This document shows positions 29,199 to 38,080 of a stretch of 64,000 nucleotides of DNA, piece by piece. This DNA is from Candidatus Omnitrophota bacterium. Lineage in GTDB: Bacteria; Omnitrophota; Gorgyraeia; JAGLLT01. Location of the stretch: assembly GCA_030632085.1 (NCBI GenBank), contig DAOVJY010000006.1, forward strand, positions 26,805 through 90,804, in the 5' to 3' direction. Every line of letters begins with the position of its first letter. Positions within the stretch are counted from its first letter, which is position 1. The position numbers and the translations under genes were made by a program. The notes under the pieces were generated by a model. That model did no database searches, was not told the DNA's origin, and worked only from the letters and a program-made list of their open reading frames with translations.

Positions 29199-30452
29199 AT
29201 GAATTTACTATATTTATCACATATAAGTACTTTAAGAATAGAGAGTGATGTCACCATGCTTGAAGAGAGAGGATATAAAGTTACTGTGCTCAACAATCAT
29301 AAGTTGCATTTTCAAAAAAGGCTTAAAAATTTTCCAAATTTCACGAATATAATAAACTTATATGAGCCGAGATTTATCTGGATAGTTAAATTAAGACTAA
29401 AAATTACAAAACTTATAAAGTTTTTGCTTACTCTTACTAAATTGGATACTTCGCGTAAAGTAATTTCTTTTAGAGAAAAAGTAAGCTTAGAAAGTATAAG
29501 CAGGGTTTCTAACTCAACGAAGAAAACTATTACAAGGATAATAAAAGAAAAAGAAATAGATGTAATTTATTGTTCGTGGAGTACCACGGGTTTTCCGGAG
29601 ATAAAGGTAATTCAAGAAGCAAATCTTGGCATACCAATTATTTTAAGCATTCAAACTTATCCATTTTGGCAAACAGCAGTCGTTGGTGGTTCTTTTAAGG
29701 AAAACAAAGAACATAAAGAAATATTTGAGAATCTGGATGGGCGCATACATTGCAGTCAAGTAATGTTTGATTATATGAATGACCATTTTAATTTAACTAA
29801 ACACGGTAAAGATTTAATAATGATGGGATATTGCAAAAAAAGAAATTTTTACAAAAAGAGGTTACCTCTTTTGTCGGAGAAAGAAGGAGAGTCTCATATT
29901 GTATTTATTGGAAATACACAGTTTTCTCAGCGCACCTTAGATGATGTTGGAAGGCAACTATATTGTATCGCAAAAAAAAGAATTCATATCCATTTCTCTT
30001 ATACACACGATAGAATTAAGCGTAACCCTTATATTCATATGTTTTCTCCATTTTCGCATCGGCAGCTTTTAAATGGGGAGCTTGCCACGCACATGACCCA
30101 ATTTGATGCCTGTATAGTTTTATACAATATAGATAAACCATACGCGAGATTTAATAATAGTTTGCCTGAGAGATTTTTATTTGCTCTTAATGGAGCTGTG
30201 CCAATTGCGTTACCCAAGGGCTATTTTGCAGCTTGTGAGGAAATGATTAATAAATATCAAATAGGTTTTACATATGAAAATTTAGATGATCTAAAAATTA
30301 AATTATCAGATAGAGAAAAAATGGCAGAATACAGAAATAATGCTGTTTATATTGCACCTTCATTGACGTTTGAGAAAAATTTTTATATCCTGGATAATTT
30401 CATTAAAAAAGTGATATCGGCAGCTAAACCAAAAAACGATAAAAAGGCCTAA
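29199..30452 (+). CDS. Hypothetical cytoplasmic protein (417 aa) in the EPS locus
   Basis: ORF only; no signal peptide; no motif recognised. Confidence 0.4.
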   Translation: MNLLYLSHISTLRIESDVTMLEERGYKVTVLNNHKLHFQKRLKNFPNFTNIINLYEPRFIWIVKLRLKITKLIKFLLTLTKLDTSRKVISFREKVSLESISRVSNSTKKTITRIIKEKEIDVIYCSWSTTGFPEIKVIQEANLGIPIILSIQTYPFWQTAVVGGSFKENKEHKEIFENLDGRIHCSQVMFDYMNDHFNLTKHGKDLIMMGYCKKRNFYKKRLPLLSEKEGESHIVFIGNTQFSQRTLDDVGRQLYCIAKKRIHIHFSYTHDRIKRNPYIHMFSPFSHRQLLNGELATHMTQFDACIVLYNIDKPYARFNNSLPERFLFALNGAVPIALPKGYFAACEEMINKYQIGFTYENLDDLKIKLSDREKMAEYRNNAVYIAPSLTFEKNFYILDNFIKKVISAAKPKNDKKA

Positions 30453-30469
30453 TAGTAGTATAAAATTTT

Positions 30470-31474
30470 ATGATAAAGACTTCGGTAATAATACCCTGTT
30501 TTAACGAAGAAAAATATATTGAGCAATGCCTGGATTCAATTATTGCTAATGATTATCTAAAAGAGCATTTGGAGATATTAATATATGATGGAGGGAGCAC
30601 GGATAATACATTAAAAATTCTGGAAGAACATAGCAAGAAACATTCTTTTGTAGTTGTTAAGCATAATCCTAAAAAAATCCAAGCTACTGCTATGAATTTG
30701 GGTATTAAAGATGCTGAGGGTGATATTGTAATAAGAATGGATGCCCATACTGTATATGAGAAAAATTACATATCGCAGATAGTAAATTTGTTAACTGTGA
30801 CAGATTCTGTTAATGTGGGTGGTGCTCAGGTAGGATGGGGAGATTCTTATAGTGCAAAAGCCATAGCTGTGACTGTTTCCAGCCCTTTTATTGCTGGCAA
30901 TGCCGTATATAGGTCTGATAAAAACGTCCAACAGTATGTTGACACAGTTTATTTAGGTGCATGGCATAAAAAAGATTTAGAAGCCGCTGGAGGTTTTGAT
31001 GAGTCTTTTATGGTTAATGAGGACTATGAGTTAAATTATCGGCTTCGCGAGAAAGGCGGAAAGATTTTATTTTCACCGGATATAAAATCAACCTATTATG
31101 TAAGGGGCTCACTGTTTAAGTTAATTAGGCAGTATTTTAGATATGGTTTCTGGAAAGTTAAAACTCTAAAAAAACACCCAGCTTCACTAAAACTAAGGCA
31201 AATAGCGGCACCGCTTTTTATTTTAGCATTATTTTTTTCTATAGCGCTCATTTTTTGTACAGTAGGTTTCCGGATTCCACTTTGGATGTTATCATGTTGC
31301 TATACGTTTGTATTCATGTTATCATTTAAAAGTTACCTCAATACGAAGCAAATTAGATATTTGCCGACGATCTTTATTATTGCTTTATTTATTCATATAT
31401 CATGGGGAATAGGTTTTTGGAGCGGGTTGATTTTTTGGACTATAAGCGATAAGAAATTATGGAGATGGAAATGA
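30470..31474 (+). CDS. Glycosyltransferase family 2 with C-terminal TM segments
   Basis: VIIPCFNEE GT-A N-terminus, DxD-type region, C-terminal membrane helices. Confidence 0.8.
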   Translation: MIKTSVIIPCFNEEKYIEQCLDSIIANDYLKEHLEILIYDGGSTDNTLKILEEHSKKHSFVVVKHNPKKIQATAMNLGIKDAEGDIVIRMDAHTVYEKNYISQIVNLLTVTDSVNVGGAQVGWGDSYSAKAIAVTVSSPFIAGNAVYRSDKNVQQYVDTVYLGAWHKKDLEAAGGFDESFMVNEDYELNYRLREKGGKILFSPDIKSTYYVRGSLFKLIRQYFRYGFWKVKTLKKHPASLKLRQIAAPLFILALFFSIALIFCTVGFRIPLWMLSCCYTFVFMLSFKSYLNTKQIRYLPTIFIIALFIHISWGIGFWSGLIFWTISDKKLWRWK

Positions 31475-32454
31475 ATATCTTTATTACAGGCAGCAGTGGT
31501 TTTATGGGTAAGCATCTTATTAGTGAATTACTTGAATGTCATAATAATGTGACGGGCTATGATATTATTCAGCCAGACATTTCAGATGAACGGTTTGAAC
31601 ACATTAGTGGCAATATATGCGACAGTCAGAAATTATTAGATGTTCTGAGCCGGAAAAAATATGATTTAATTATACATTTAGCGGCAAAGCACCACGATTT
31701 TGGTATAAAAGAAGAGGAGTATTTTGCGGTAAATGAAGGTGGAACAGAAAATCTATGCAATGCGGCCGCTAAATATAGTATAAATAAACTGATATTTGTA
31801 AGTTCGGTTGCGGTTTATGGCAGCAGTAATAAGCCCGTTTATGATGGCGATTTGTGTTCCCCGGATTCATTCTATGGGAAATCAAAATTAGCAGCTGAAA
31901 AACAAGTCAAGAAATGGTATGAAGCAAAAAAAAATAGATCTGTTTTTATTGTGAGGCCCGCTGTAATTTTTGGCCCCGATAACTACGCGAATATGTATCA
32001 TTTAATAAATAAAGTTATATCTAAAAAGTTTATTTTTATTGGAGCCGGAATTAATATCAAATCAATTGCCTATATAAAAAATCTTGTTAAAGCCATATCT
32101 TTCTTAATGAATAATTTAGAAAATGAGACATTTGACATATTTAATTATTCCGATGAACCTCAACTGATGATAAAACAAATAGTACAGAAAATTGCCTTCT
32201 ATGGCAATATCAATATGACGAAGATTAAAATTCCGCTTGTTTTAGCGATTATATTAACTTGGCCATTGGATTTATTTGAAAAGATAACCGGTAAAATAAT
32301 TCCGATTACGTCAAAAAGGATAAAAAAATTTAATACCGCCACTCATTTTGAATCGAAAAAGATAAGAGATTTTGGATATATTCAAGAGATTGATTTAGAT
32401 GAAGCTTTTAAAGAAACGGTTGCATGGATAAAAAATCCAAACAAAAATAAATAA
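31459..32454 (+). CDS. NAD-dependent epimerase/dehydratase (SDR family)
   Basis: GSSGFMG Rossmann motif, YxxxK (YGKSK). Confidence 0.8.
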   Translation: MEMEMNIFITGSSGFMGKHLISELLECHNNVTGYDIIQPDISDERFEHISGNICDSQKLLDVLSRKKYDLIIHLAAKHHDFGIKEEEYFAVNEGGTENLCNAAAKYSINKLIFVSSVAVYGSSNKPVYDGDLCSPDSFYGKSKLAAEKQVKKWYEAKKNRSVFIVRPAVIFGPDNYANMYHLINKVISKKFIFIGAGINIKSIAYIKNLVKAISFLMNNLENETFDIFNYSDEPQLMIKQIVQKIAFYGNINMTKIKIPLVLAIILTWPLDLFEKITGKIIPITSKRIKKFNTATHFESKKIRDFGYIQEIDLDEAFKETVAWIKNPNKNK

Positions 32455-32455
32455 T

Positions 32456-33493
32456 ATGAATATAAAATTGTTTATAATTCCATTGGCGGCATTTATATTA
32501 TCTTTTCTTTTTACACCATTAATAAGATATATATCTACTAAAAGGGGTTTTATTGATAAGCCAAGTAGGCGCAAAGTCCATAAAAAGAAAATACCCAGTT
32601 TAGGTGGTTTAGCCATTTTTATAGCGTTTACGATAGTAACAGTAATTGCCTGCGCCCTATACCAGAATATTATCTTAAGTAAGGTGTGGGGTATTGTTTT
32701 GGCTGCTTCTATTCTTGTTGTTATGGGTGTCTACGATGATATTAAGGATATGCCGGCGGTGATTAAGCTGGTAGGGCAAATAACCGTTGCGGTAATAGCT
32801 TATGGCGTTGGTTTTAGAATTGAGGAATTTTTTGGGTTTGAGGCTACAACATTTTGGTTGAAGTTTATATCTTTAATGATTACAGTAGGTTGGATTGTGG
32901 GGGCAATAAATGCCATCAATCTTATTGATGGTCTGGACGGATTAGCTTGCGGTGTATGTGCCATAATATCTCTTTTTCTGTTTATAGCTTCACTATCCAG
33001 TGGGAATTTCGTTCTTTTGGTGTTTGCCGCGGCTTTAACCGGTAGTTGTTTGGGGTTTTTACCATATAACTTCCATCCGGCCAGCATATTTATGGGGGAT
33101 ACCGGCAGTATGTTCCTGGGTTTTGTGTTATCTATTATCGCCCTGGAAAGTTATCAGAAGAGTACAACTTTTATTGCAATCTTAGCGCCTATTGTAGCTA
33201 TGGCTGTTCCATTACTAGATACTTTACTATCTATATTGAGGCGCTTGGTAAAGAAAAAACCATTATTTAAAGCTGACAAAAATCACATGCATCATCGACT
33301 TTTAGTAAATGATAAGTCTCACGTTAGAGTTGTGCTAACGCTTTATGCCGTAACTTTCTTTTTTGGTATGATTTCCCTGGGGCTCAAGGATATTAAAGGT
33401 ATATATATGATCGCGGCGCTTATAATGATAAGCTTGGTAACTTTTAGATGGATCAAAAATTCAGGTTTTTTAGATATCAAAAAAACTAAATAG
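32456..33493 (+). CDS. Polyprenyl-phosphate hexosamine-1-phosphate transferase (WecA/MraY family)
   Basis: ~10 TM, DDxxD (VYDDIKD) and NAINLIDGLDGLA motifs; likely initiating transferase of the repeat unit. Confidence 0.8.
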   Translation: MNIKLFIIPLAAFILSFLFTPLIRYISTKRGFIDKPSRRKVHKKKIPSLGGLAIFIAFTIVTVIACALYQNIILSKVWGIVLAASILVVMGVYDDIKDMPAVIKLVGQITVAVIAYGVGFRIEEFFGFEATTFWLKFISLMITVGWIVGAINAINLIDGLDGLACGVCAIISLFLFIASLSSGNFVLLVFAAALTGSCLGFLPYNFHPASIFMGDTGSMFLGFVLSIIALESYQKSTTFIAILAPIVAMAVPLLDTLLSILRRLVKKKPLFKADKNHMHHRLLVNDKSHVRVVLTLYAVTFFFGMISLGLKDIKGIYMIAALIMISLVTFRWIKNSGFLDIKKTK

Positions 33494-33498
33494 ATTTT

Positions 33499-34341
33499 AT
33501 GATAAAAAATGCCTTTTCTTTATTCCTCAATGTTATTAAGATAAATTTTAAGCTTTTAAAAGATTATCCTAGAATCTTCATACCTCTAACGCTTAGAGCT
33601 TTTGTAAGTTTTGGAATTCTTTCTCTTATATATATATCGCCTTATTATCCTTTTAAGAAAATATTAGGGCCTCCCATAATAGAGTTTTTTGGTTCTAAAT
33701 TTTTGCATTATCCGCATAATTTTACTATTTTACCTATAATCTTTATTAACATTAAAAACTTTTTAATTAATCCCCTGATTACAAGTATTATGGCAGCTGT
33801 ATGCTGCGGTATGGTGTATGATTATCATAATAGAAGGGAACCGGGGTTCTGGAGGAATTTCAATAAGGCTGTGAGGCGCTTTATACCACTTTTCATTTGC
33901 ATGCTTTTTTTAGTTTTGATTAGTTACCTTCTATATAGAATAATACCGGTATTAGTGATAAAGTTTTTTGGGCAAACGGCAATCGGATTTTTTATGTCAG
34001 CCTTCATTCCTTTTTTTGTATTGATCATCTTTGAGAGTTTATTTATTTTTTGTTTTATCGCGATTATGACAAAAAAACAAAATGCCTTTAAAGCGTTGAA
34101 AAAAAGCTTTATTTTTTCATTAAAACTGTATCCTGTCGTTTTTTTGTTAGTATTTTTGCCGCGGCTGCTTGATTTTTTAACGGGCCTTTTTATAGTTTTT
34201 CAAGCGAAAATTTCAGATATGTTTATACCGGATATAATAGTTTTGATATTTATATTGATAATACTTGTGGCGATTATTTCGGATACTTTGGTTTTTACTT
34301 TAACCGCTAACTTATTTGTTTTGAATTCTGATGAAAAATAA
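33499..34341 (+). CDS. Hypothetical polytopic membrane protein
   Basis: ORF, multiple hydrophobic segments. Confidence 0.4.
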   Translation: MIKNAFSLFLNVIKINFKLLKDYPRIFIPLTLRAFVSFGILSLIYISPYYPFKKILGPPIIEFFGSKFLHYPHNFTILPIIFINIKNFLINPLITSIMAAVCCGMVYDYHNRREPGFWRNFNKAVRRFIPLFICMLFLVLISYLLYRIIPVLVIKFFGQTAIGFFMSAFIPFFVLIIFESLFIFCFIAIMTKKQNAFKALKKSFIFSLKLYPVVFLLVFLPRLLDFLTGLFIVFQAKISDMFIPDIIVLIFILIILVAIISDTLVFTLTANLFVLNSDEK

Positions 34342-35200
34342 AAATTTAATTCAAGTACTTATAGTTATATGCCTCATTACGGTTATAACAGGCTGTTATG
34401 GCGGTTATGAAGCGGAAAGAAAATTCTGGTTGGCTAACAGGGAATACAAAAGGTTATTGTCAGCTCTTAATCAAACTTCCAGTGAGTCTCAAAGAGATGA
34501 AATTATTAAGGGGAAAGCACCAGGGGTTATAATTGTTCTTAGACAAGTTACTATTAATTACCCTTCTTTGCCATTATCTTCCCAGGCTATGCTTTTAATA
34601 GCTAATGTTTATGTTATCGAGGGGCGTTTAGATAAAGCTATAAAAGAATACAATAGTATAATGGAAGAATTTCCGCACATGAAAGAACAATGCGCGTCCG
34701 CTATGGTTGCGCTTGCCTCAATTTATAAAGAAAGAGGGGACTGGGATTCAGCTGAAGAAATTTATGAGAAGGTTATAAGTGAATATTTTGATACGCAAAT
34801 GGGGTTTCAGGCACCTATATTGATTGCCCGCTATTATAAATCACGGGCTATGAGTATTGAGGCGGACGAAGCATATAAAAAAGCCATGAATTTATATAAA
34901 GATTTTATAGAAAACAATAAAGATATACCATATTCTCTGATTGCCCTTGAGCAATTGATTAATTGTTACAATGATCAGGAGCAGTGGGATGAGGCTGTTA
35001 GTTATCTTCAAGATCATATTATAAAAAATTCAGATTCGCCTTTAGCCTTGCAAGGTATGCTGATAACTGGTACTATATATGAACTACAATTTAATGACCG
35101 CGATAAAGCCTTTGAAATTTACAGGAAAGCGGTCGAAAAATTTCCGGAAAGTCCTATGATAGAAAAGATAAAGGGCCGCCTGGAGCTTTATGGGGAATAA
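34331..35200 (+). CDS. TPR-repeat protein (lipoprotein-like N-terminus, GCYG)
   Basis: TPR-like helical repeats; many exosortase loci carry a TPR protein. Confidence 0.55.
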   Translation: MKNKNLIQVLIVICLITVITGCYGGYEAERKFWLANREYKRLLSALNQTSSESQRDEIIKGKAPGVIIVLRQVTINYPSLPLSSQAMLLIANVYVIEGRLDKAIKEYNSIMEEFPHMKEQCASAMVALASIYKERGDWDSAEEIYEKVISEYFDTQMGFQAPILIARYYKSRAMSIEADEAYKKAMNLYKDFIENNKDIPYSLIALEQLINCYNDQEQWDEAVSYLQDHIIKNSDSPLALQGMLITGTIYELQFNDRDKAFEIYRKAVEKFPESPMIEKIKGRLELYGE

Positions 35201-36033
35201 TGTTAAAAGAGTATTCAAAGATAATTAAGTTATCAATAATATTCATATTGCTTATTATTATTTACCTACCGACATTTATCTGGATGATCGCGAGGTTTGA
35301 TGCTCCGGATACGTATTACAGCCATGGATATTTGGTGCCTTTAATATCTCTTGCTCTTATCTACCTTAAAAGAGATAAATTAAAGGTGCTTAAAAAAGAT
35401 ACATCCTCTCTCGGCTTAATTCTAATAATAGCCTCACTTGCTCTATATGTTATCACCTTGATACTGGATATTGGTTTTATGGGAGGAATATCGTTTTTAA
35501 TTACTTTAACGGGATTGAGCTTTTATCTCGGAGGTGTTAATTTTACTAAGGAGATATGGTTTCCGCTATTTTTCTTAATATTTATGGTGCCGCTCCCCAG
35601 GATATTAGTTATTCATATTAGTTTTAAAATGAAGCTTTTGGCGGCAAAGGCGGGAACATTTTTAATAAATAAATTAGGTATAATGGCTTCTTGCAATGGC
35701 AGCATTATTCATTTACCTAATACAGTTTTAACTGTAGGTTCTCCCTGCAGCGGTTTGAGATCACTTATTGCCCTTCTGGGGCTGGGAACTCTTTTTGCCT
35801 ATATGGCAGATTTACCTAAAGCAAAAAAGTACCTGCTTTTTTTAGTCTCAATTCCACTTGCTTTTATAGGTAATATATTAAGAATCACATTACTTTTGTG
35901 GGTGGCCTATAAATATGGCAGTGAAACGGCTACCGGTAAGTTTCATGATTATTCAGGTTACGCGATATTTGTATTTACATTACTTGGTTTGATTGGAGTG
36001 AATAAACTATTACAATGGAAAAAGAAAAAATAA
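35200..36033 (+). CDS. Exosortase (EpsH/XrtA-like transpeptidase)
   Basis: ~8 TM, active-site Cys motif GSPCSGLRSLIAL, conserved Arg motif GNILRITLL; sits with a PEP-CTERM substrate in the same locus. Confidence 0.8.
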   Translation: MLKEYSKIIKLSIIFILLIIIYLPTFIWMIARFDAPDTYYSHGYLVPLISLALIYLKRDKLKVLKKDTSSLGLILIIASLALYVITLILDIGFMGGISFLITLTGLSFYLGGVNFTKEIWFPLFFLIFMVPLPRILVIHISFKMKLLAAKAGTFLINKLGIMASCNGSIIHLPNTVLTVGSPCSGLRSLIALLGLGTLFAYMADLPKAKKYLLFLVSIPLAFIGNILRITLLLWVAYKYGSETATGKFHDYSGYAIFVFTLLGLIGVNKLLQWKKKK

Positions 36034-36659
36034 AATACTGGATTGTTATTGTAATTTTTGCTGTTACCGGCCTTTGGGTGGTTTCGCATTTAACTAAAGT
36101 CGAGGATGTAACTCAGGGCTCTTTATTTAAAATTGATTTACCCTATGAATTTGGCGGCTGGAAGGGCAAAGATATAAATATCAGTGATGCCGAGATGCGG
36201 GATATTCAGGATAGTCTGGGAACGGATAAAATAATTCTACGCAACTATGTAAATTCTAAGGGTGAATATGTTCAGCTTTATATAGTTTTCAGCCGGAAAA
36301 ACAGAACCAGTTTTCATCCTCCGGAGTATTGCTATGTGGGTTCAGGCGGCGCGGAACTTACTTCTAAAAAGATGGTTAGCCTTAAATTAGATAGTAATTC
36401 TTTAGATGTTAACCGGCTTATATTTCAGACACCTAAGGGCCGGCAGTTAGTTGTTTATTGGTATCAAGCCGGCAGCAAGATGTTTGCCAGTTATACCAGA
36501 CAGCAGATGCATTTGGTTTTTGATGCCCTAAGGAAGAGGGAATTTAGGGGTTTTATGATTAGAGTATCTACTACAGATCAGCAATCAAACGAAGATATAC
36601 CATTATATCTAAAGGATTTTATTACATATATATTTCCTTATTTAGAAGCTCAGGCGTGA
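36015..36659 (+). CDS. EpsI-family exosortase-associated protein
   Basis: ~210 aa, N-terminal TM anchor, encoded directly after and overlapping the exosortase gene. Confidence 0.55.
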   Translation: MEKEKIKYWIVIVIFAVTGLWVVSHLTKVEDVTQGSLFKIDLPYEFGGWKGKDINISDAEMRDIQDSLGTDKIILRNYVNSKGEYVQLYIVFSRKNRTSFHPPEYCYVGSGGAELTSKKMVSLKLDSNSLDVNRLIFQTPKGRQLVVYWYQAGSKMFASYTRQQMHLVFDALRKREFRGFMIRVSTTDQQSNEDIPLYLKDFITYIFPYLEAQA

Positions 36660-36778
36660 AAAATTGCTTGACGCTGGCAGGTGCTTATGATAAATTACTA
36701 TAAATTAATGCGAGAAAACCTGTATTTTTTGTAAGTTATAGGCACTTGATAACTTACACAAAGTAAAAGGAGAGTTAT

Positions 36779-38074
36779 ATGAGATTTGTTAAAATTTTTG
36801 GGTTTATACTTTTGCCCCTGGCAGTTGCCGCGTTATTATTTACAGGGTGCGGTAAGAGGGAAAAAGATAATCGCGTTAGAATACAAGTTATGTATTGGGG
36901 CAACCATGAAGAAGTGAAAATTATCGAAGGTATTGTGAGTGAGTGGGAAAAAGAAAATCCAAATGTTAGAGTTGAATTACAGCATACACCGGGTGTTGGT
37001 AATTATACCAATAAACTTCTTACCCGTGTTGCCGGTGGAGCGCCACCGGATGTAGCTTTCGCGGAAGTTGGAATATTTGTAGATTTTGTATCCTATGAAC
37101 TTTTCGCGGATTTGAATCCACATATTCAGAATGATCCCGATTTTAGTATAGACAAATACTTTCCTGATGTTGTAAAAAGATTTACAAGAGATGGTAAAGT
37201 TTTAGGAATACCAAGAGATACGGCCCCGTTTGCCTGTGTTTATTACAATAAACGTATGTTTGATGAGGCTGGATTGGAATATCCCAGCGATGACTGGAAT
37301 GTGAATGAAATGCTTGAGATAGCAAAGGTTTTAACAAAGCAAGACTCAAAAGGCAGGACAGTTAAATATGGGTTTTACTGCCCGTTTTATGAAAATTTCC
37401 TGTATGCCTTTGGCGGTAAGTTGGTTGATAACGTAAATAACCCAAAGAAATGTATGCTGAATACTAAAAAAAGTATAGCCGGCCTGCAATTCTTTGCCGA
37501 TTTACATACAAAATATAAAGTAAGTCCCGACCCGGAAGCCCTGGGAAGTACCGGTAAAAGTGCTAATCAGCTTTTTATGACCGGCCAGGTAGCAATGTAT
37601 AATTCAGGCATTTGGGAGAGCCCCGCTTTAAGGCATATTAAAACTTTTGACTGGGATGTGGCTATGTTTCCCAAAGGGCCTGACGGCACAAGAGCTTTCG
37701 CGACCGGCGGCAGCGCGTACTGTATTCTTAAAACAACAGAACATCCCGAGGAATCATGGGGGATTGTTAAGGCTTTAGCCGGTGCTAAAGGCCAAATTAT
37801 GATGGCGCAAAAAGGCTTAGCTCAGCCGGCGATTGAAGAAATTGCTGAAGGGCCTTATTGGACTAGCGACAAGAAGAAGCCGTTAAATAAAGGTATGCTT
37901 AATAAAGCGGTTAAATACGTTGTTTATTCTCCGTTTAATTCGAAGTGGAGAGAAATTCAAGATAAATATATTTATCCTCGGTTGGATCATTTACGGCTTG
38001 GGAACATTGATGCTAAAGAGTTTGCGGAAAAAATAACTCCCGAAGTTAATGAGATGCTTAAGGAGGGTAAATAA
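36779..38074 (+). CDS. ABC transporter substrate-binding lipoprotein (carbohydrate, SBP family 1)
   Basis: Lipobox LLFTGCGK, family-1 SBP features; no permease or ATPase genes adjacent. Confidence 0.7.
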   Translation: MRFVKIFGFILLPLAVAALLFTGCGKREKDNRVRIQVMYWGNHEEVKIIEGIVSEWEKENPNVRVELQHTPGVGNYTNKLLTRVAGGAPPDVAFAEVGIFVDFVSYELFADLNPHIQNDPDFSIDKYFPDVVKRFTRDGKVLGIPRDTAPFACVYYNKRMFDEAGLEYPSDDWNVNEMLEIAKVLTKQDSKGRTVKYGFYCPFYENFLYAFGGKLVDNVNNPKKCMLNTKKSIAGLQFFADLHTKYKVSPDPEALGSTGKSANQLFMTGQVAMYNSGIWESPALRHIKTFDWDVAMFPKGPDGTRAFATGGSAYCILKTTEHPEESWGIVKALAGAKGQIMMAQKGLAQPAIEEIAEGPYWTSDKKKPLNKGMLNKAVKYVVYSPFNSKWREIQDKYIYPRLDHLRLGNIDAKEFAEKITPEVNEMLKEGK

Positions 38075-38080
38075 GTAGTT

